Shown here: one piece after another, positions 57,949 through 64,000 of the stretch
Layout of the letters: each line of letters begins with the position of its first letter
Position numbering within the stretch: the stretch's first letter is position 1
From: Candidatus Aenigmatarchaeota archaeon
Lineage (GTDB): Archaea; Aenigmatarchaeota; Aenigmatarchaeia; Aenigmatarchaeales; Aenigmatarchaeaceae
Direction of reading: 5' to 3'
Assembly (NCBI GenBank): GCA_043814985.1
Contig: JBDRJK010000021.1
Span: forward strand, 1-64,000
Length of the DNA stretch: 64,000 nt
Notes under the pieces: generated by a model
What the model saw: only the letters and a program-made list of their open reading frames with translations
Database searches by the model: none
Told to the model about the DNA's origin: nothing
Made by a program: the position numbers and the translations under genes

Positions 57949-59256
57949 TTGCTGAATAGAGACTTAATAAAAAATGTTAAAAAACAAGATAAAGAAAAAG
58001 ACGTTAACGTTTTTGGATGGCTTAAAAACAAAAAGGATTTTGGCAAAATAATCATTTTGAGAATAGTTGATTCTTCTGGAGAGATTCGTGCTGTGGCAAA
58101 GACCAAAATATTGAAAGAGAACTCTTTTCTTGATATCAAGAAGCTCAAGAAGGAATCCTGTATAAATGTTATGGGAAATTACGATTCCAAAAAGAAAGAA
58201 ATCCAGATAAAAGAAATAAAAATTATTGCAGCTGCTACTAAGTCTATATCGCCCTCCGCAAGGGATGATTTTGATATCTATAATCAGAAATACACAAGTC
58301 TTGTCTGCGATAACAGGCACATCTATTTGAGAAACGAGAAAATTGCCACAATACTCAAGATTAGGAGCATGTTCATGGAGGAAATGCGCGATTACTTCCA
58401 AAAGAACAATTTCATCAATTTTAGCGCACCGATTTTGACCAACATAACACTTTATGGCGACAAGACAGCCTTTGATATTGATTTCTGTGGTAAGAAACTC
58501 TACCTCACACAATGCACAGCATTCTATCTGGAGTCTGCTATACCGGCTTTCGAGAAGGTTTATTTCATGTCGCCTTCTTTCAGGAATGAAAAGTCTAAGA
58601 GCAGGAGGCATCTTAGCGAATACTGGCACTGCAAAGGAGAAATAGCTTTTTGTGATTTAGAAGGAATGATGAAGTTTGTAGAGAATATGACATACACTGT
58701 CTACAAAAATCTAGTAAAAAACGCAGGAGAGGAGATGAGGAAAATAACCAAAATAGATTTTAACAAATTCAAGCCACCTTACAAGTCAATTACCTATGAA
58801 AAGGCCGTTGAAGTTCTACAGAATAATGGTTTCAAAATAAAGTTTGGTCAAAGCATTGGGAGTGACGAAGAAAGATTCTTAGGTGAGAGGATGAAAAAAA
58901 TGTTTTGGATCAAGTTCCTACCAAGAAAGGTGGAGGCATTCCCCTACAGAATCAACCCTTCTGATGAAAGAACAACACTGACGGCAGACCTCTTGTGCAA
59001 TGAGTCTGGCGAGATATTGGGAACCGCTGAAAAGATATATCAAAAGGAAGAATTGGAAAGAAGGATGAGGGAGGATTTCGTTGCACATCCAAAAGAAATT
59101 TACAAATGGTACATAGAGCTTAGAGAAATGGGCTTGCCGCCGCATAGTGGTTTTGGTATGGGTGTGGAAAGAGTCTTGAGAAGTTTTCTTAATCTTAAAC
59201 ATGTAAGGGATGTTATACCTTATCCAAGACTTTATACAAGATTACCTTATCCTTGA
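57949..59256 (+). CDS. divergent asparaginyl-tRNA synthetase-like protein
   Basis: FRNEKSKSRRHLSEYW and PHSGFGMGVER are AsnRS-type; YLTQCTAFYLE is aberrant; TTG start. Confidence 0.8.
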   Translation: MLNRDLIKNVKKQDKEKDVNVFGWLKNKKDFGKIIILRIVDSSGEIRAVAKTKILKENSFLDIKKLKKESCINVMGNYDSKKKEIQIKEIKIIAAATKSISPSARDDFDIYNQKYTSLVCDNRHIYLRNEKIATILKIRSMFMEEMRDYFQKNNFINFSAPILTNITLYGDKTAFDIDFCGKKLYLTQCTAFYLESAIPAFEKVYFMSPSFRNEKSKSRRHLSEYWHCKGEIAFCDLEGMMKFVENMTYTVYKNLVKNAGEEMRKITKIDFNKFKPPYKSITYEKAVEVLQNNGFKIKFGQSIGSDEERFLGERMKKMFWIKFLPRKVEAFPYRINPSDERTTLTADLLCNESGEILGTAEKIYQKEELERRMREDFVAHPKEIYKWYIELREMGLPPHSGFGMGVERVLRSFLNLKHVRDVIPYPRLYTRLPYP

Positions 59257-60149
59257 TTTAATAATATTTCTATATTTTCAGAACCAATTTTTTTAAGAGT
59301 ATCGTCATTGAAATCTAAGTTCATAAAACTCTTTACAACATTCATATATTTTTCTTCAGTAATGTAGGGTAAATCTGTTCCGAATAATATCTTTTCAGCA
59401 CCCAATGTTTTGATTAGAAAATCATATACGTCTTTACAATTCTTTTTGGTTTTAGCTGCAAACCTATCCAAAAGACTGGTTTCAACAAAAACATTCTTTG
59501 TCTTTCTAGCATTTTCCAATACACCAGTGTCAAGCCTAGCACAGTGGGCAATTATGAAGCTTACAGAGGGATAGCATCTGGCAAGTTCTATTATATTAGA
59601 AGGTAGTGAGTTTTCATCCTCACCTGAATGCGAGATAAAAACAAGGCCGTTTTCCTTGACAATATCCATTATTTCTGTTTTAGCTAGTTTTTTTGGGGAG
59701 AAATTAGTTACAAAGGGATGTATTTTAACACCTATTATACCTTTCTCAATATAATCATTCAGACATTTCACATTTTTAGGGTATCTCGGGTCTATTATTA
59801 TGAAAGGTAATAAATCCTTGTTTCTTTTCCCAATGCCAATTATCTTTTCATTTTCTTTGTGATAGGGGTTTTCCTTGATTTTCCACCTTCCCTTACAGAG
59901 GGGGCATTCCAGAATGTAATGGTCTTCATGGACGCTTAAACATGTGGGGGAAAGACCGTAAGATTTGCAGTTTTTATTTTCACATGTTAGCTCTCTTACG
60001 CTTGGGCAGGGGAAAATTACAGATTTTTCAACCCCATTTTTTCTCATTAAATCTAATAGCCTACTTTCTGATAACGATATCTTTCTATCAGTCTTTCTGT
60101 TATAATAGTAATCGTTTCCTATATGCACGTGGCAGTCTGTTATTTTCAT
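59247..60149 (-). CDS. amidohydrolase-family metalloenzyme with Cys-rich insertion
   Basis: DCHVH, GVKIHP, SHSG, IAH and LFGTD.P motifs; C..C...CPLC insert. Confidence 0.85.
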   Translation of the reverse strand: MKITDCHVHIGNDYYYNRKTDRKISLSESRLLDLMRKNGVEKSVIFPCPSVRELTCENKNCKSYGLSPTCLSVHEDHYILECPLCKGRWKIKENPYHKENEKIIGIGKRNKDLLPFIIIDPRYPKNVKCLNDYIEKGIIGVKIHPFVTNFSPKKLAKTEIMDIVKENGLVFISHSGEDENSLPSNIIELARCYPSVSFIIAHCARLDTGVLENARKTKNVFVETSLLDRFAAKTKKNCKDVYDFLIKTLGAEKILFGTDLPYITEEKYMNVVKSFMNLDFNDDTLKKIGSENIEILLNQG

Positions 60150-60208
60150 AATTATAATTATATATGGAAACCATAAATTTTATAAGTTTCTAATATTCTA
60201 ATGATGTT

Positions 60209-60388
60209 ATGGCTTGGTCTATAAACAATGAAAAATGCATTAGATGTGGAGGCTGTGTTTCAGTCTGCCCTTTTGCTGCATTAGAGCTGGATGACGATGT
60301 TATTCATGATGAAAAGCTGTGCACTTTGTGCGGAATTTGCGAGAAAGCTTGTCCTGTAAGAGCAATAGAGGTGAAAAAAGATGGGTAA
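60209..60388 (+). CDS. 2[4Fe-4S] ferredoxin (59 aa, not in the ORF track)
   Basis: CIRCGGCVSVCP and CTLCGICEKACP. Confidence 0.92.
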   Translation: MAWSINNEKCIRCGGCVSVCPFAALELDDDVIHDEKLCTLCGICEKACPVRAIEVKKDG

Positions 60389-60452
60389 GAAAAGGAGCTG
60401 GAAAACTGGGAAATCCCAGACCAAATATTCAAGAGAGAAGAAGAAAAAATGA
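60381..60452 (+). CDS. 23-aa basic micro-ORF
   Basis: MGKKRSWKTGKSQTKYSREKKKK with SD GAGGTGA upstream. Confidence 0.4.
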   Translation: MGKKRSWKTGKSQTKYSREKKKK

Positions 60453-60456
60453 TACT

Positions 60457-61602
60457 ATGTACGATGTGATAATTGTCGGCGCTGGTCCTGCTGGAAGCTC
60501 TTGTGCCAAGAGGTTGGTAGAGAAGGGTTTCTCTGTTAAGATATTTGACAGGAGAGAGGAGTTAGGAGTTCCTGTCAGGTGCGGGGAAGGCTTGAGCGAG
60601 CATGCTCAGGATATTATAGGTAAGATTCCCAAAGAATGCATTTCCCAGAATATCAAGGGAGCCAGGGTATATGCCCCAAACGGCAAGTACTTGGAAGCTG
60701 TGCTTGAGACTGGAGGATTCATACTGGACAGGAGAAAGTTTGACAAGTGGTTGGCAGAGAAGGCTGAGAAGGCAGGCGCGGAAATACAGAAGGACACCCT
60801 GATCACCGATTTCATAGTGGAGGACGGCTACTACATCGGAGTCAAGGGCGAGGGCTTTGAGGAAAAGGCAAGAATGGTTGTCTGCGCCACAGGAGCCGAG
60901 TCTGCTTTAAGGAAGTCTTTGAAGGTCTTCTCAAAGCTGGAGCTTATTGATTCTTGCTTGCAATATAAAATGTCCGGCATTGGTTCGGACCAGGATTTCA
61001 TCCACATTTATCTTGGGAACGAGATATCTCCAAGGGGATACACTTGGGTGTTTCCAAAGGGAGGCGACAAGGGCAATGTCGGAGTGGGCATCATTCCAGG
61101 AGAAAAAACAGCCAAGCACTATCTGGACAAGTTCATTAAGGAGACCGATGAACTGAAGAACGGCGAAATATACTTGGTCGAGGGAGGCTGCGTTCCTGTT
61201 GGCGGCATGCTGAAGGATGCAGTGGATAATGGTTTATTGCTGTGCGGCGAGGCAGCGCATTATGTCAACCCCATACATGGTGGCGGCATAAAGGAAGGTA
61301 TCGTATCAGGTTTTTTGGCTGCTGATGTCATTGCAGAATGTTTAAAGAATAATGATGTTTCCAAAAAAGCCCTGTCCAAGTACAATGACTTGTGGTGGGA
61401 GCAGAGAGGCAACAAGCTGAAGAAGGTGGAGAAGCTGAGGGAAGTTCTCGAGAAGCTCTCTGACAAGGATTTGAACGAGTTGCTTGATGTTCTCAAGCCA
61501 GAGGACATTGTTGATTTCACCAGGGGAGCCAAACTCTCTGTTCTTGCAAAGGCCCTCATGAGAAAGCCCAGGTTGTTAGGACTGGCTAGGCACTTGATGT
61601 AA
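60457..61602 (+). CDS. digeranylgeranylglycerophospholipid reductase (geranylgeranyl reductase family)
   Basis: MYDVIIVGAGPAGS, CGEG, RRKFDKWL, GYTWVFPK and NPIHGGGI motifs. Confidence 0.9.
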   Translation: MYDVIIVGAGPAGSSCAKRLVEKGFSVKIFDRREELGVPVRCGEGLSEHAQDIIGKIPKECISQNIKGARVYAPNGKYLEAVLETGGFILDRRKFDKWLAEKAEKAGAEIQKDTLITDFIVEDGYYIGVKGEGFEEKARMVVCATGAESALRKSLKVFSKLELIDSCLQYKMSGIGSDQDFIHIYLGNEISPRGYTWVFPKGGDKGNVGVGIIPGEKTAKHYLDKFIKETDELKNGEIYLVEGGCVPVGGMLKDAVDNGLLLCGEAAHYVNPIHGGGIKEGIVSGFLAADVIAECLKNNDVSKKALSKYNDLWWEQRGNKLKKVEKLREVLEKLSDKDLNELLDVLKPEDIVDFTRGAKLSVLAKALMRKPRLLGLARHLM

Positions 61603-61665
61603 TCAGCTTATTTAATAACAATACAAATAATTATTTTATCTAAGTTGCAATATTCTAGTGGTAAG

Positions 61666-64000
61666 ATGACGAGAATAGAAAAATTAGATATACAGGGTTT
61701 CAAGTCCTTTTCCAGGAAGACTTCCCTAACTTTCCCTAGCAACTTCTCTGTGATATGCGGTCCCAACGGCTCTGGCAAGTCCAACATACTTGACGCGTTA
61801 TGTTTCGTTCTGGGAAGGACCTCTGCCAAAAGCTTGAGGGCTGACAGGATGATGGAGATGATATTCCACGGCACAAAGAATAGGCCTCCCGCAGAGCTGG
61901 CAAAGGTCTCAATGCATTTTGACAACTCAAGTAAAGAGTTCCCCTTTGAGGATGACAAGGTCATCCTGTCCAGGAGAATAAACAGGAAAGGCATTTCCAT
62001 TTACAAATTAAACGGAAGGACTGTTACAAGGGAAAGGATCCAGGAGATTCTCAGGCCTGTCAGAATCCGACCTGGCGGCCACAATATAATTTTGCAGGGA
62101 GATGTCACTGAGATAGTTGAGATGAGTCCTCTGGAAAGAAGAGAGATTATTGATGAGATATCTGGGATAAAGGAGTTCGACCAGAAGAGAGACAAGGCCC
62201 AACGCGAGTTGATGACAGTCGAGAACCGGTTAAAGGAGTCGCATATCATTCTTCACGAGAAAAGGTCAAACCTTGTCAGGCTTGAAAAGGAGAGTAAAGA
62301 TGCTCAAAGATACCAGAAGCTGACAAGGGAACTTGATAAATTAAGAGCCTCTTTGGCAAGGCACAAGCTGAGTGTTGCTGAGAAGGCAATGGCAAAGCTC
62401 GACGAGAAAATAAGTAATATCGAGACAGGTGACATTGACAAGGAAGTTGATGTGATAGAGAAGGAGTTGGAGAGGGTTGAGAAGGAGAGGGATGTTGTTG
62501 ACAAGAGGCTTTTTGACAGGACCAAGGACATTGCCATAATTAAAGAAGTTGAGAAGATAAGGTCTGAGATAAACAGGAACAGGGACAAGATAGATATGGG
62601 ACAGCTCAACATAAGAAGGACAGAGGACGTGATAAGGAGATTAGAATACTTGCAGCAGAAGGAGAGGGAAGGTTCTGTCAGCAAGGCTGTCAAGGAGATA
62701 ATGAACCTTGGTTGGACAGGAGTATACGGGACAATTTCCTCGTTGTCAAAGGTTTCCAAGAAGCACCAGTCAGCAATTGAGGTGGCTGCTGGCCCGCATC
62801 TTAATGATATAATTGTTTCTGATGAAAGGGTTGCAATTGAGTGCGTTAACCATTTGAAGAAAAACAAGATTGGGAGGGCAACGTTTCTTCCCCTGAACAA
62901 GATAAAAACAAGGGACAGCAAAGGTCTGAAGAAGTTCTCTTATGATGACGGCTTTGTTGGCATAGCAATCGATTTGGTAGAGTTTGACAACAAGTACTAC
63001 AATGCATTTTCTCATGTTTTCGGGAGCACTGTCATTGCCAACACAATCAGTGATGTCAGGAGGATGGGCATAGGCAATGCTAGGTTTGTAACTCTTGAAG
63101 GAGACTTGATAGAGAGGTCAGGAGCAATAATCGGCGGTTATTACATCAAGAAGAGGGTCTTTTCTGGCAAGGAGGAGATTGAAAAATATACTAATGACAA
63201 GGCAAAGCTGGCTGCTGACATCAAGGTTCTGGAGAAGGATATTGTTTCTCTGAAAGCTCAGTTGGAGTCTTTAACAACTGAGGAGGAAACTGGCAGCAAG
63301 GAATTGACTGACATGCAGAAGAAAAGGCAGATGCTGGAAGAGATGTTCGACTCATTGGAAAAGAAGAGGAAGAGTATGTTCCACGAGAGGATGAACTCCC
63401 AGGAGAGCATTAACAAATTAAGAATTAGAAAGGCAAGGCTTGAGGCGGAATTAGAAAACCTTAAACTGGAGTTCGAGAACTACAAGAAGACCGAGACGCT
63501 TGACATTACCCCGTCTGTTCTGGAAAATAGGATACACCAGACCACTGTCTACATAAACGCTTTGGGACTGATAAACATGAAGGCTCTTGAGGAGTATGAC
63601 GAGCAGAAGATAATATTCACCGATCTTAAGGAGAAGGTCGACAAGTTGACAGAGGAGAGGAACAAGATTCTAGAGATAATAGCCGAGATTGAGGGCAAGA
63701 GGAAGGAGTCATTTACCAAGACCCTGGATGAATTGAGAAAGGAGTTCAAGATTGTTTTCCATGACTTGATGAAGGGCGAGGCTGATTTGAGGCTGATAGG
63801 CGGTATGGACAGTGGCTTATTGATTGAAGGCAGTGCAAAAACTAAAAAGATGATGAACATAGATTTGATGTCTGGTGGCGAGAAGACCTTGACTGCTCTA
63901 GCATTCCTGTTTGCCATCCAGAGGTTCAGGCCAGCGCCGTTTTATATTCTTGACGAGATTGACGCTGCTTTAGATAAACCGAACACCAAAAAGACAGTTG
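61666..64000 (+). CDS. smc: chromosome segregation protein SMC, 3'-truncated by the window edge, short arms
   Basis: QGFKSF, Walker A GPNGSGKS, hinge GRATFLPL and GAIIGG, signature SGGEK, Walker B ILDEIDAALD. Confidence 0.93.
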   Translation, partial: MTRIEKLDIQGFKSFSRKTSLTFPSNFSVICGPNGSGKSNILDALCFVLGRTSAKSLRADRMMEMIFHGTKNRPPAELAKVSMHFDNSSKEFPFEDDKVILSRRINRKGISIYKLNGRTVTRERIQEILRPVRIRPGGHNIILQGDVTEIVEMSPLERREIIDEISGIKEFDQKRDKAQRELMTVENRLKESHIILHEKRSNLVRLEKESKDAQRYQKLTRELDKLRASLARHKLSVAEKAMAKLDEKISNIETGDIDKEVDVIEKELERVEKERDVVDKRLFDRTKDIAIIKEVEKIRSEINRNRDKIDMGQLNIRRTEDVIRRLEYLQQKEREGSVSKAVKEIMNLGWTGVYGTISSLSKVSKKHQSAIEVAAGPHLNDIIVSDERVAIECVNHLKKNKIGRATFLPLNKIKTRDSKGLKKFSYDDGFVGIAIDLVEFDNKYYNAFSHVFGSTVIANTISDVRRMGIGNARFVTLEGDLIERSGAIIGGYYIKKRVFSGKEEIEKYTNDKAKLAADIKVLEKDIVSLKAQLESLTTEEETGSKELTDMQKKRQMLEEMFDSLEKKRKSMFHERMNSQESINKLRIRKARLEAELENLKLEFENYKKTETLDITPSVLENRIHQTTVYINALGLINMKALEEYDEQKIIFTDLKEKVDKLTEERNKILEIIAEIEGKRKESFTKTLDELRKEFKIVFHDLMKGEADLRLIGGMDSGLLIEGSAKTKKMMNIDLMSGGEKTLTALAFLFAIQRFRPAPFYILDEIDAALDKPNTKKTV

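Noticed and set aside
57964..58629. 221-aa minus-strand ORF
   Set aside because: It is antisense to the AsnRS-like gene and has no recognisable motifs.
60319..60456. N-terminal extension of geranylgeranyl reductase in the ORF track
   Set aside because: It overlaps the ferredoxin gene; the family start is MYDVIIVG at 60457.
61608..63917. Several minus-strand ORFs (61608-62000, 62304-62921, 63549-63917)
   Set aside because: They are antisense shadows of the plus-strand smc gene, which the ORF track missed because its stop lies outside the window.
1..64000. CRISPR array, transposase or diversity-generating retroelement
   Set aside because: No regularly spaced repeats, transposase or reverse transcriptase motifs were seen. 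The repeats found are coding duplications and do not show obvious adenine-only differences.

Overview
Archaeal genome segment, most likely a DPANN lineage (inferred from a divergent 16S rRNA with no adjacent 23S gene, many leaderless genes and ultra-short MKG-type class III signal peptides). Left end: the 3' part of a possible integrated-element gene, tRNA-His, a 16S rRNA carrying a 104-nt bulge-helix-bulge intron and unusual decoding-centre bases, and an antisense tRNA-Ala. A ~28-kb, almost entirely minus-strand type IV pilus-like locus follows (3470-31859). It holds an assembly ATPase, a platform protein, about 20 pilin-like or membrane-anchored proteins, a Cys-rich disintegrin/Ig protein and a ~2100-aa pilin-like multi-enzyme with four GH5-like barrels, two TSP1-like repeats, an Ig domain and an M14 peptidase. 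This is the top candidate for a novel system: an enzyme-armed pilus for host or prey surface degradation. Further right are paralogous membrane proteins, dph5, trm5/taw2-like genes, AMMECR1, two P-type ATPases around a Na+/Ca2+ exchanger, a minimal group 4 [NiFe]-hydrogenase operon, an intron-containing initiator tRNA-Met, rnhB, three Asp/Asn-tRNA synthetase paralogues with a HIT gene and a gene-conversion tract, ferredoxin plus geranylgeranyl reductase, and a short-armed SMC running off the window. All calls come from motif recognition by eye; no searches were run.
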